A stretch of 64,000 nucleotides of DNA from an uncultured bacterium (GCA_965603725.1 CBFDEC010000004.1:39147-103146); one strand, 5' to 3'; shown: positions 8,866-17,904, numbered from the stretch's first letter. Program-made: numbers and translations. The notes: a model not told the origin generated them from the letters alone.

Positions 8866-10565
8866 GCCAGGTCTTTTATAATAATACAGGACAAAATGAT
8901 ATTCTTACGATAGCCAATGCTTCCGTTGCCGGTTATTTCATTTTAAACGGGAATGGTCATCTCTGTCAGTCAAGCGGTCTTGTCGACGATATCCATGGCA
9001 ATGATAACAGTATGTTAGACCGTTTCCCGATGATACAATATCATCTTCATAACCCGAACGCTTCCGGCGCTTTTTACAGGCTCTCTGATAAAACGTTTTT
9101 GTCCGGCAGCGATGAAGACCAAAAGTCAGTCTATATCGGCTCGTTACCCCATGAGGATAAATTGCTGGGAATTGTTTTTAAAGGTATTTTGCTTAATGTT
9201 GAAGTCGAACATATGAAATCAGAAATCTTTATATTGTCGTTGATTACCCAGGCCCTAAGGGCTTTTAACAGGGCGAACGACCTTGAAAATATCTTGAAAA
9301 TAGTGTTAATAGGAGTGACTGCCGGCAGCGGACTTGGCTTCAATCGTGCGTTTGTGCTCTTAACTCAGGATGAACAAAATTGCCTTAAAGGCGCTCTGGC
9401 TAATGGGCCATCATCACCCGAGGAAGCTGGCCATATCTGGCAAAAATTATCCAGCGGCGAACTCACCCTGGAGAAAATGTTTGAAGAATCGTTAAGAAAA
9501 AATGAAAAAGAAAAACCGCTTTTAGAAAATATCATAGAAGATCTGGTAATTCCTCTCGACAACAAAGACAACATTTTTGCCAGATCCGCCCTCGAAAACA
9601 AGTCCATGATCATTAATGAAATGACCCTGGCCGGCAGCGAATATTCTGAACTTCATTCGAAAATTGGTCCAGGACCCATAGCGGTAGTTCCCCTGGTGGG
9701 TAACGAATATCTCCAAGGCGTATTAATTGCCGATAATTTTATTACCTGTAAAGAGATCACCGAAAATGATCTTTACCTGCTGGAGATATTTGCCAAATAT
9801 GCGAGTGACTCTATCGAAAAGTTCAGGCTCTATAAAAGGCTGGCGAAAAAAGTTGAGGCTTTAAAGGAAGCCAATAGAATGATTATTTCAAACCGCGAAA
9901 ATGTAATTAAGGCTGAAAAACTGTCGGTCTTAGCCGATATGGCCGAACAGGTAGCTCATGAAATTCGCAACCCGCTTACCGTAGTGGGTGGTTTTACAAA
10001 ATTAATGCTTAAAAAAACGACCGCAGAGGACGAAAACTATGAAGATTTAAAAATGATTATCGATCAGGTTTCCAGAATCGAGCAGGCGTTGGAGAAATTC
10101 ACCAGTTTGATGAATTATCAAAATAAGGATGACCGGGTTTGCGATCTTGGTGAACTGGTAAAATCAACTTTGGCTATGAACCTCCCGGGGATCGATTTCT
10201 CGAAATTTGAGGTTCAATATGAGAGGCCCGTGATGATTAAGATTGATCCCGATCTGTTCCGTCAAGCGCTTTTTATTGTCCTGAAAAGAGCGACCGCGAT
10301 ACAGCAAAACCAGGAGCATATTTTGCTGTCGATTGAAAGGTTTAACGACAAAATATCTGTTAATTTTAAATCCATCAGTCATGATAGCAGTCTGGTGAAC
10401 GATTTGTATGATAGTTTCAGTTCATGGCAGAGTCATAAAAAATTTAAAGAGCTTTCAACATCTATAGAGATTTTGAAATTCTATGGAGGCAATATAGGAT
10501 TGAAAGCGTCAAGTAATGAAGAAAGTAGTTTTTACCTTGAACTCCCAGTATATGAGGAGGTGTGA
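8859..10565 (+). CDS. Tandem-GAF sensor histidine-kinase-like protein. It has HisKA and an apparently degenerate HATPase_c domain.
   Basis: H-box AEQVAHEIRNPLTVV. In the C-terminal domain the N-box Asn and the G1 DxGxG motif are not recognisable, and only a G2-like GGNIGL remains. Confidence 0.65.
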   Translation: MLGQVFYNNTGQNDILTIANASVAGYFILNGNGHLCQSSGLVDDIHGNDNSMLDRFPMIQYHLHNPNASGAFYRLSDKTFLSGSDEDQKSVYIGSLPHEDKLLGIVFKGILLNVEVEHMKSEIFILSLITQALRAFNRANDLENILKIVLIGVTAGSGLGFNRAFVLLTQDEQNCLKGALANGPSSPEEAGHIWQKLSSGELTLEKMFEESLRKNEKEKPLLENIIEDLVIPLDNKDNIFARSALENKSMIINEMTLAGSEYSELHSKIGPGPIAVVPLVGNEYLQGVLIADNFITCKEITENDLYLLEIFAKYASDSIEKFRLYKRLAKKVEALKEANRMIISNRENVIKAEKLSVLADMAEQVAHEIRNPLTVVGGFTKLMLKKTTAEDENYEDLKMIIDQVSRIEQALEKFTSLMNYQNKDDRVCDLGELVKSTLAMNLPGIDFSKFEVQYERPVMIKIDPDLFRQALFIVLKRATAIQQNQEHILLSIERFNDKISVNFKSISHDSSLVNDLYDSFSSWQSHKKFKELSTSIEILKFYGGNIGLKASSNEESSFYLELPVYEEV

Positions 10566-10921
10566 TGAGCACAATATTAGTGGTCGATGACGAACCGGCG
10601 ATACGCAAGTTGTATCAGAAAGAGTTTATTGATGACGGGCATAATGTTGTTCTGGTTGAAAACGGTATCAAGGCTATGTCGATAATCGAACAAGATAACG
10701 ATATCGATCTGGTTATCCTTGATATAAAAATGGAGGAAATGGATGGTCTTGAAGTATTAGACGCAATCAGAAATAAACGTAAAGGTCTGCGGGTAATACT
10801 GAATTCGGCATACTCAACCTATAAAAATGATTTCACCTCGTGGCTTGCCGATGCCTACCTGGTAAAATCGCATGATTTAACGGAACTTAAGGATAAAGTC
10901 GAGGAGCTCTTAACAGTATAG
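10565..10921 (+). CDS. Single-domain response regulator (CheY-like receiver)
   Basis: ILVVDDEPAIRK…DLVILDIKMEEMDGLEV…. GAGGAGG RBS. Its start overlaps the stop of the kinase gene. Confidence 0.8.
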   Translation: MSTILVVDDEPAIRKLYQKEFIDDGHNVVLVENGIKAMSIIEQDNDIDLVILDIKMEEMDGLEVLDAIRNKRKGLRVILNSAYSTYKNDFTSWLADAYLVKSHDLTELKDKVEELLTV

Positions 10922-10924
10922 ATT

Positions 10925-11302
10925 ATGAAAGAAAACAGGGAAAATTTAATTAAGACCATTGAATCAGTCTCAGAGCAAATTCAGATTCTCGCCTTGAACA
11001 TTGCCGTCGCCGCAGCCAAGATGTCTTTTCGTAAAGAACTGTCCGTTGATGTCAATAGCAGATTGGGCCAATTAGTCAACCAGGCAACTCAGGCAGTTAA
11101 AAAAATGGGATATGTTCTACGGGCTGCCAGGTCCGATAAACCGAAACAAGATATTTTGACCAAGGATTATGAAATCAATATTGATTCCGAGATAATTTCT
11201 GATATTGAATATTCTCTTGAGACGATATTGGATGACAGCCAGAAAATTATGGAAATGCTTATAAAGGTCAAACAGGAATCTTTAGAAAACTACGGAGGTT
11301 GA
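10925..11302 (+). CDS. Small protein with a fragment resembling the MCP signalling domain (mini-MCP-like).
   Basis: …SEQIQILALNIAVAAAKMSFRKELSVDVNSRLGQLVNQATQAVKKM… resembles the LLALNAAIEAARAGE…FAVVADEVRKLAE core of methyl-accepting proteins. It is only 125 aa. Confidence 0.4.
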   Translation: MKENRENLIKTIESVSEQIQILALNIAVAAAKMSFRKELSVDVNSRLGQLVNQATQAVKKMGYVLRAARSDKPKQDILTKDYEINIDSEIISDIEYSLETILDDSQKIMEMLIKVKQESLENYGG

Positions 11303-11303
11303 T

Positions 11304-11693
11304 TTGGGACGTCTGGTATTAGTTGTTGACAATGAACAGGATGTTCTCAACGTTCTTTCTGAGATACTTGGCTCTATGGGCTGTGAAGTATATAAAGCAA
11401 GCAATGGCATCAAAGCCCTGGAGATTATGGCAAATACCAAATTTGATCTTATTATTGCTGACCTGATTATGCCCGAAATGGGTGGACTGGATTTCTTAAA
11501 ACAAATAAAAGAGAAAAAAAAGCATGCCCCAATAGTGATTACTGCCGGAATCGACCCGCAAACAGCGATGATAGATTTTAATGAATATGGAATAAGTGAG
11601 TTCATTAAAAAACCTTTTACGATTGATGACGTAAACCGAAAACTACAAAAGTACTTACAAAAGGAACCCGGGTCAATTGGAGCGTCCGTGTGA
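11304..11693 (+). CDS. Single-domain response regulator (CheY-like receiver), TTG start.
   Basis: LVLVVDNEQD…DLIIADLIMPEMGGLDFL…. GGAGG RBS 5 nt upstream. Confidence 0.75.
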   Translation: MGRLVLVVDNEQDVLNVLSEILGSMGCEVYKASNGIKALEIMANTKFDLIIADLIMPEMGGLDFLKQIKEKKKHAPIVITAGIDPQTAMIDFNEYGISEFIKKPFTIDDVNRKLQKYLQKEPGSIGASV

Positions 11694-11931
11694 GTTTAAT
11701 ATTGCTATGCAGGATTATGTTCTAAGTTGCAATAATAATGTCAAATTAAAGTTGAATGTTTATAATTGTAACGAAAAAAAGGAAATAAAAAATCGTTTAT
11801 TTTCTAAATAACATGAAAATAGTTTCGATATATTAATTAAGGCGATATTAAGATATTGATGAAAATTAATAGATATATTCGTCAATTATAAAAGGATCAA
11901 TTGATATGCACCTTGCACCAATGGAGGTAAG

Positions 11932-12342
11932 ATGAAAGAAAATGTCAAGATATTGGTTATTGATGATGAAGCGATAATGCGCAATCTTCTTTTGAAAATT
12001 TTGGAGCAGGAAGGTTATCAGATAACTCTTGCCGCCTCGTCCCCTGAAGCTATTGAAAAGCTGGAAAATGAGAGTTTTGAACTTGTACTTTCAGATGTGA
12101 AAATGCCGGAGATAAATGGCTTTGAGCTTTTGAAGACAATTAAGAGCAGATGGCCCCATATAGCGGTAATAATGATGACCGGTTATGGGGATGCATACAC
12201 TGTTAAGGAAGCCTTGATGCTTGGCGCCGATGAATATATTACCAAGCCATTTAAGAGTCATGAAGTATCGTTAATTCTGGAACGCGCTTATTGGCGTCAG
12301 TTGGCCTCAAGAACAGGTCATCTGATTGATACAAATCAGTAG
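11932..12342 (+). CDS. Single-domain response regulator (CheY-like receiver)
   Basis: ILVIDDEAIMRNL…ELVLSDVKMPEINGFEL…. Preceded by a 238-bp AT-rich intergenic region. Confidence 0.8.
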   Translation: MKENVKILVIDDEAIMRNLLLKILEQEGYQITLAASSPEAIEKLENESFELVLSDVKMPEINGFELLKTIKSRWPHIAVIMMTGYGDAYTVKEALMLGADEYITKPFKSHEVSLILERAYWRQLASRTGHLIDTNQ

Positions 12343-12352
12343 ATAATTAACA

Positions 12353-13786
12353 ATGATAAAAACTGCTGAAAAAGAAGCTAAACAAATCCAGAAAAAATTA
12401 TCGGGTTTTACTCTGACCGTTAAAATTTCAGTCGATGAGATGCTGGCTCATTTGATTATTGAGCAGAATGATAAAGATGCAGTTTTTGCTCTGGGTGAAG
12501 ATGAATTATTAAAGATAATAAATGAGGCCGGTGTAGTTTATGGAATCAACAATGAGCGCTTGTCGAAAATCCCTTCAGAATTAATTTTAAAAAAACCAAT
12601 TGAAATTGCCCGCGGCACTCCTCCGGGAAAAGGTATAGAATCAGGATTCGAACTTCTATTTGAAACTGCCGACGGTAAGACTCCTGTTGTCAGCGATGAT
12701 GGATACATCGATTATAAAAATCTGAATCTAATAAAAAATGCTACCAAAGACCAGCCTCTGGCAAAAAAAATCCACGCCGCCCGCGGAAAACCCGGAAATA
12801 CCGTTACAGCTAAGGAGATCAAGGGAAAGATGGGAAAAGATCGGGCGCTTCCTAAGGGGAAAAATACAAACATTTCGCCCGATAATGAAGATTTGCTGAT
12901 AGCGACCAAAGATGGGTCAATCACGTATGCAAATAATTTAATATCAGTTGAAGATGCTTATACGGTCAATTCCGACGTTGACACAGCCACCGGAAATATC
13001 GACTTTGTAGGGAGTTTAAAAATTTCAGGGGGTGTAAAAGCCGGCTTTACGGTTAAAGCTAATGGTAACATTGAAATTAGTAAAAACATTGAAGACGCTC
13101 AGGTGTTTTGTGGAGGATCAGTTGTTGGCAAAGGTGGGTTTGTCAGTTCCGAAAAAGGGATAATAAAAGCTGTCGAGGATGTTTTTATAAAATATGTAGA
13201 AAACGGAACTATTGAAGCCGGTCACGATGTGAATATAGGCGGTGGTTCAATGAACGCCAATGTTATTGCCGGCAACAGCATTTTACTTAAAGGAGCAAAA
13301 GCAGTTATCGTTGGCGGTAAAGTGACAGCCAGCACTTTAATTGAGGCTGGCGCTATTGGCTCGGAATTCGGCACGCCTACTTTAGTACAGGTAGGTTATA
13401 ATCCAAAATTGATGAAAGAGTTGAATGAAATTAATTCTGAAATCGAAAGATTGGAATCCGATGTGGAAAGGATTAAACAGGCTATGTACTCACTCGTTCG
13501 TTTAGAGTTAGATAACAAGCTCAATAAAGTTCAGAAAGAAGGGCTGGTTCAGCTTAAAGGTCATCAAAAAGAAATACCTAATCAACTGGAAAATCTTAAT
13601 AATCAGAGATCAGAATTAGTACAGAAACTTAATGAGAATAAAAAAGCGAAGATAGTTGTTAGAGGAGAAGTGTTTCCCGGCACGACCATTCAAATTGGGA
13701 TGTTAAAGAGAGAAATAAATAAAACTGTATCAAACTGCACCTTTAAAATCAGTCAAGATCATGTAGCTTTATATTCTAACGATTAG
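12353..13786 (+). CDS. FapA/DUF342-like protein (polar flagellar assembly protein A family): beta-helix repeats plus a C-terminal coiled coil.
   Basis: Repetitive G-x-V/I beta-helix segments (…ISGGVKAGFTVKANGNIEIS…VIAGNSILLKGAKAVIVGGKV…) followed by a coiled coil. Confidence 0.55.
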   Translation: MIKTAEKEAKQIQKKLSGFTLTVKISVDEMLAHLIIEQNDKDAVFALGEDELLKIINEAGVVYGINNERLSKIPSELILKKPIEIARGTPPGKGIESGFELLFETADGKTPVVSDDGYIDYKNLNLIKNATKDQPLAKKIHAARGKPGNTVTAKEIKGKMGKDRALPKGKNTNISPDNEDLLIATKDGSITYANNLISVEDAYTVNSDVDTATGNIDFVGSLKISGGVKAGFTVKANGNIEISKNIEDAQVFCGGSVVGKGGFVSSEKGIIKAVEDVFIKYVENGTIEAGHDVNIGGGSMNANVIAGNSILLKGAKAVIVGGKVTASTLIEAGAIGSEFGTPTLVQVGYNPKLMKELNEINSEIERLESDVERIKQAMYSLVRLELDNKLNKVQKEGLVQLKGHQKEIPNQLENLNNQRSELVQKLNENKKAKIVVRGEVFPGTTIQIGMLKREINKTVSNCTFKISQDHVALYSND

Positions 13787-13972
13787 GAAAAAATAACCTC
13801 TCATTTTCCGAAATAATTTCCTTGTTTTATCTAATTATCATTTAAGCTACACATGTTTGTCTGAATTCCCGAATTTTTAATTTCACATTCACATAACATC
13901 TTGTGCAACAAGATATTACATCCGCAGCTAGAATGCGCTCGATCGGTTTTTCTATTCAGATATCGAGCTTTA

Positions 13973-13988
13973 AGGCATAAAGTTTGCA
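13973..13988 (+). promoter_or_regulatory. Sigma-54 (RpoN) -24/-12 promoter upstream of flgF
   Basis: aGGCATaaagtTTGCAt has GG-N10-GC with canonical spacing, matching TGGCAC-N5-TTGCW at 10 of 12 defined positions. It lies about 34 nt upstream of the flgF ATG. An upstream inverted repeat GCTCGAT…ATCGAGC sits at 13937-13967. Confidence 0.5.
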
Positions 13989-14021
13989 TTAATAAAAACT
14001 GAAAAGTATAAAGGGGATATT

Positions 14022-14747
14022 ATGATTAAAGGAATTTACACTTCGGCCTCGGGTATGCTGCCTCGCATGTTAAAACAGGAGATGTTTGCCAACAATATGG
14101 CAAATGCCAACACTGTCGGCTTTAAAAAGGACGGGGTATTCCTGCACCAGCTCAAACAGGTTCAGGACGGATTAATAACCGACCTTGATTGGGAAATACC
14201 GATGATTGATGATGTCTACATCGATTTCTCACAGGGGCAATTACACGAAACCGAACAGCCTTTGGATATGGCAATTGAGGGAGACGGCTTTTTTGCAATT
14301 GGGACTCCTGATGGAGAGCGATACACCAGGAACGGCGAATTCTCTTTGACGTCTGAGGGAGCTTTGATCGATAAAAACGGTTTTGAGGTTCTTTCCGATG
14401 CCGGTCCGATTACGATTTCAGGGGATGTTATCACTGTAAGCGAGGATGGAACAATTGGTGTTGATGGATCTTCAGTTGCCAAAATTAAAATTGTTGATTT
14501 TGAAAAGCCGTACAATTTTAGAAAAGAGGGTTTGGGATATTTCGCTGTTGATGGTGAAACAGGACCGGCCAGTCTATCCCAAAATTATCAAATCCATCAG
14601 GGATATACAGAGCAATCGAATGTCAGCATTATCGAACAGATGGTCGATATGCTGATATCGTTCAGGGCTTATCAGGCCGGTCAGAAAGCGATCCATTCAC
14701 AGGATGAAACTTTAGATAAAGCGGTAAATGATTTAGGCCGTGTATAA
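14022..14747 (+). CDS. flgF: Flagellar basal-body rod protein FlgF
   Basis: N-terminal rod motif …SGMLPRMLKQEMFANNMANANTVGFK…, and a C-terminal rod domain. Confidence 0.8.
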   Translation: MIKGIYTSASGMLPRMLKQEMFANNMANANTVGFKKDGVFLHQLKQVQDGLITDLDWEIPMIDDVYIDFSQGQLHETEQPLDMAIEGDGFFAIGTPDGERYTRNGEFSLTSEGALIDKNGFEVLSDAGPITISGDVITVSEDGTIGVDGSSVAKIKIVDFEKPYNFRKEGLGYFAVDGETGPASLSQNYQIHQGYTEQSNVSIIEQMVDMLISFRAYQAGQKAIHSQDETLDKAVNDLGRV

Positions 14748-14761
14748 TCAAGGAGAAAATT

Positions 14762-15550
14762 ATGATTAAAGCAATGAGAACTGCGGCATCGGGGATGACC
14801 GCCCAGCAGATGAACGTAGATGTTATAGCTAATAACCTTGCCAACGTAAATACTGCCGGGTTTAAAAAGTCAAAAATAGAATTTCAGGATATACTTTACC
14901 AGAGGCTAAGGTCTGCCGGGACTGAGTCGGCGGCCGGCTCAACCGTGCCTATCAGCCTTGAAGTTGGATATGGAACCCGGCCAACCGCTACCCAACGATC
15001 GTTTACAATGGGCTCGCTTCAGCTCAGCGGCAATCCTCTCGACATGGCCATCGAAGGAAACGGATTTTTCCAGGTATTAATGCCGGATGGAACCATGGCG
15101 TATACTCGCGACGGTGCGCTCAAGCTGAGCGCTGAGGGTCAAATTGTTACCTCGGATGGCTTATTCCTTCAGCCCGAATTATCGATTCCCGCTGATGCAA
15201 CCGATATTAATGTCTCAGCGGATGGAATAGTCTCAGTAATTGTTTCGGGCGATTCTGAACCGCAGGATATCGGGCAGGTTGAACTTGCCAAGTTTATTAA
15301 TCCGGCGGGTCTTCAGGCTACCGGTCATAACCTGTTTATTTCATCCGCCTCCTCCGGTGAACCGATTCTTGGCACCCCGACTCTCGAGGGTTTCGGCAGA
15401 ATCAACCAGGGATACTTAGAAATGTCCAATGTCGAGATTGTCGATGAGATGGTGAACATGATTGTTGCCCAGCGCGCCTATGAAATAAATTCAAAGGCTA
15501 TTCAGACATCTGAAGAGATGACCCAGATTGCTAATAACCTGAAACGGTAA
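14762..15550 (+). CDS. flgG: Flagellar distal rod protein FlgG
   Basis: …AASGMTAQQMNVDVIANNLANVNTAGFK… and a conserved C-terminus, 262 aa. Confidence 0.85.
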   Translation: MIKAMRTAASGMTAQQMNVDVIANNLANVNTAGFKKSKIEFQDILYQRLRSAGTESAAGSTVPISLEVGYGTRPTATQRSFTMGSLQLSGNPLDMAIEGNGFFQVLMPDGTMAYTRDGALKLSAEGQIVTSDGLFLQPELSIPADATDINVSADGIVSVIVSGDSEPQDIGQVELAKFINPAGLQATGHNLFISSASSGEPILGTPTLEGFGRINQGYLEMSNVEIVDEMVNMIVAQRAYEINSKAIQTSEEMTQIANNLKR

Positions 15551-15556
15551 ACAGAG

Positions 15557-16216
15557 ATGTTAGCTTATTTATTAGCATTATCCATATTTAGCGTTACTGC
15601 ATCCGAGAGAGTAGAACAGGCGATAATGTCTTATGTTGACGCCAACCATAATTCCGAAAATGCCGAATACCAATATGATTTCAGGCGTGTCAGATGGAGC
15701 CATTTTCCCGCAAACTTCGATAGTATAGACGTTCTCAGAATCGGCAAAGATACGCCTCTTGGCAATACGATATTTACAATCGGTATTTATAAAGATAAAA
15801 ATCTTATAAAGGCGGTGCCGGTATCGGTTGGCGTGACAATGTTGGTTAAGGCGGTTGTAACTGATATTCCGATCAATACAGGTGAAAAACTGAAAAACTA
15901 TACGATTACTGCGAGGTCAGTGACAAATAAGAATAGTATGCCTGTTGTCGATCCTTCAGCGCTGGAGGGTAAGCAGGCCAAAAGATATATTCGTGCCGGA
16001 TCTACCATTTACCTTTCTATGTTTGAAAACGTGCCGGTTGTCGATATAGGCGACAAAGTTGACATAGTTATAGAAAAAGGTTTGATCAAGGTAACCGCCG
16101 AAGGTTTAGCCCGTCAAAAAGGCGGGGTCGGAGATATAATAAGGGTCGTCAACCTTGGTTCTAAAAAAGTAATCAGAGTTGAAATTGTCGATTCGGTTAC
16201 AGTAGCGCTAAAATAG
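15557..16216 (+). CDS. flgA: P-ring assembly chaperone FlgA
   Basis: Signal peptide, C-terminal SAF-like region, and a position before flgH and flgI. Confidence 0.65.
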   Translation: MLAYLLALSIFSVTASERVEQAIMSYVDANHNSENAEYQYDFRRVRWSHFPANFDSIDVLRIGKDTPLGNTIFTIGIYKDKNLIKAVPVSVGVTMLVKAVVTDIPINTGEKLKNYTITARSVTNKNSMPVVDPSALEGKQAKRYIRAGSTIYLSMFENVPVVDIGDKVDIVIEKGLIKVTAEGLARQKGGVGDIIRVVNLGSKKVIRVEIVDSVTVALK

Positions 16217-16223
16217 AGGAGGC

Positions 16224-16802
16224 ATGATGAAACTACTGGCAGGTTTGCTGATAATTACAGTTATAAATACTTTTAATGGCGCATATGCCAATGAGGCAAA
16301 ACAACGATCAATATATACTGACATTAAGGCTCATGGAACCGGCGATATTATTACCGTATTGATCGTTGAGGAATCGCGGGCTTTGAATAAAGCTAAAACG
16401 ACTACCAAGAAAAAGACCGACGCTAAGACCGAGGGTACCGCCGGTCTGGGACCGCTGGATTTTATCCCGCTCTGGGGAGCAAGCGGATCGGACCAGCTTC
16501 AATATGACGGTCAGGGGCAGACTGAAAAAATAGGCGCGCTCAGGGCAAAGATGACAGTTGCCGTAATCGATGTAAATGATAACGGCGATCTTGTAATCGA
16601 GGGCAGCCGGGTCGTTACAGTCAATGATGAGGAAGAGACATTGTTCCTGTCGGGAGTCGTAAGGTCTCGGGATATTTCGAATGATAATACAATATATTCA
16701 TACCAGATCGCCAACGCTAAGATTTCGTCGAAAGGTAAAGGAAACATAACAGATGGCCACCGCCCCGGGTTTGTCACCAGGCTTATAAACTGGATATTTT
16801 AA
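16224..16802 (+). CDS. flgH: Flagellar L-ring protein FlgH
   Basis: Signal peptide, and a …HGTGDIITVLIVEESRA… motif typical of FlgH. Confidence 0.8.
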   Translation: MMKLLAGLLIITVINTFNGAYANEAKQRSIYTDIKAHGTGDIITVLIVEESRALNKAKTTTKKKTDAKTEGTAGLGPLDFIPLWGASGSDQLQYDGQGQTEKIGALRAKMTVAVIDVNDNGDLVIEGSRVVTVNDEEETLFLSGVVRSRDISNDNTIYSYQIANAKISSKGKGNITDGHRPGFVTRLINWIF

Positions 16803-17903
16803 GTGAAAAGAACATTAGTTTTTGTAATCATTATTATTCTATGTGTCAGTTCGCCGGCAAACAAGGTCAGAGTTAAAGATATTGCCCGTTTCCAAACTGA
16901 AAATACAATCCCGCTTTTTGGCTATGGTCTGGTAGTCGGTCTGGAGGGTACAGGCGATTCAAAATCGACGCGGTTTACAATTCAGACACTGGCAAATATG
17001 ATGGAACGGATGGGGGTGACTGTCGATCCCAATCAGGTCAAGGTCAAGAACGTGGCGGCGGTGATAGTCACGGCAGAGCTGGCGCCATATATGTCGTACG
17101 GGTCAAGGATAGATGTTATGGTTTCATCAATAGGCGATGCGTCATCGCTGCAGGGCGGCACTTTATTGTACACTCCTCTGGCAGACGCTTCAGGTACCGT
17201 ATTTGCCCTGGCCCAGGGGCCGGTTTCTATAGGCGGATTTAATATCAGTACCGGAATGGGCGATCAATTTCGCAATAATTATACTCTCGTCGGCAGGATC
17301 CCGGGCGGAGCAACCGTTGAGAAGCAAATTGTCAGCCAGCCGCCTGCCGGTTCGGTTATGCTTCACCTTGAGAACCCTGATTTTACTACAGCCGACCGTC
17401 TTGCCCGGGTGATAAACGAGAAAATCGCTGGAGTTACGGCGATTGCCTCAAGTGAAGCCGATGTAGAGATAATAATTCCCAAATCAAAACAGGATGCCGG
17501 CGAGATGGTTAAGCTGTTTGCCAAAGTTGAGAAGCTGGAGATCGAACCTGATGTGCCTGCCAGAGTCGCTATCAACGAAAAAACCGGCACTATCGTCGCT
17601 GGACAGAATGTTACAATCTCAGCGGTTATGCTTGCTCATGGCAATCTCAATATCGAGATAAGAACAACGCCTATGGTATCACAACCGGCGCCTTTCTCGC
17701 AGGGTAGAACAGTTTTAACCCGTGAAGCTGAAATAGCGGTCGAACCGGAAATCGCTCGGATAATTCACGTCGAACAACAGGCGAATATCGGCGATCTGGC
17801 AGCGGCGCTCAACGAGATCGGGGCAACCCCCAGAGATATAATCGCTGTCTTCCAGGCATTAAAAGCGGTTGGCGCACTAAGGGCCGAGTTGGTGGTAATG
17901 TAA
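16803..17903 (+). CDS. flgI: Flagellar P-ring protein FlgI (GTG start)
   Basis: …VKDIARFQTENTIPLFGYGLVVGLEGTGD…, 366 aa, signal peptide. Confidence 0.85.
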   Translation: MKRTLVFVIIIILCVSSPANKVRVKDIARFQTENTIPLFGYGLVVGLEGTGDSKSTRFTIQTLANMMERMGVTVDPNQVKVKNVAAVIVTAELAPYMSYGSRIDVMVSSIGDASSLQGGTLLYTPLADASGTVFALAQGPVSIGGFNISTGMGDQFRNNYTLVGRIPGGATVEKQIVSQPPAGSVMLHLENPDFTTADRLARVINEKIAGVTAIASSEADVEIIIPKSKQDAGEMVKLFAKVEKLEIEPDVPARVAINEKTGTIVAGQNVTISAVMLAHGNLNIEIRTTPMVSQPAPFSQGRTVLTREAEIAVEPEIARIIHVEQQANIGDLAAALNEIGATPRDIIAVFQALKAVGALRAELVVM

Positions 17904-17904
17904 A

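Noticed and set aside
11906-11935. A 9-codon upstream ORF (MHLAPMEVR) overlapping the start of the 11932 receiver gene.
   Set aside because: It is composed mostly of the RBS region AATGGAGGTAAG of the downstream gene and has no independent RBS. It could act as a leader peptide, but nothing in the sequence supports that.
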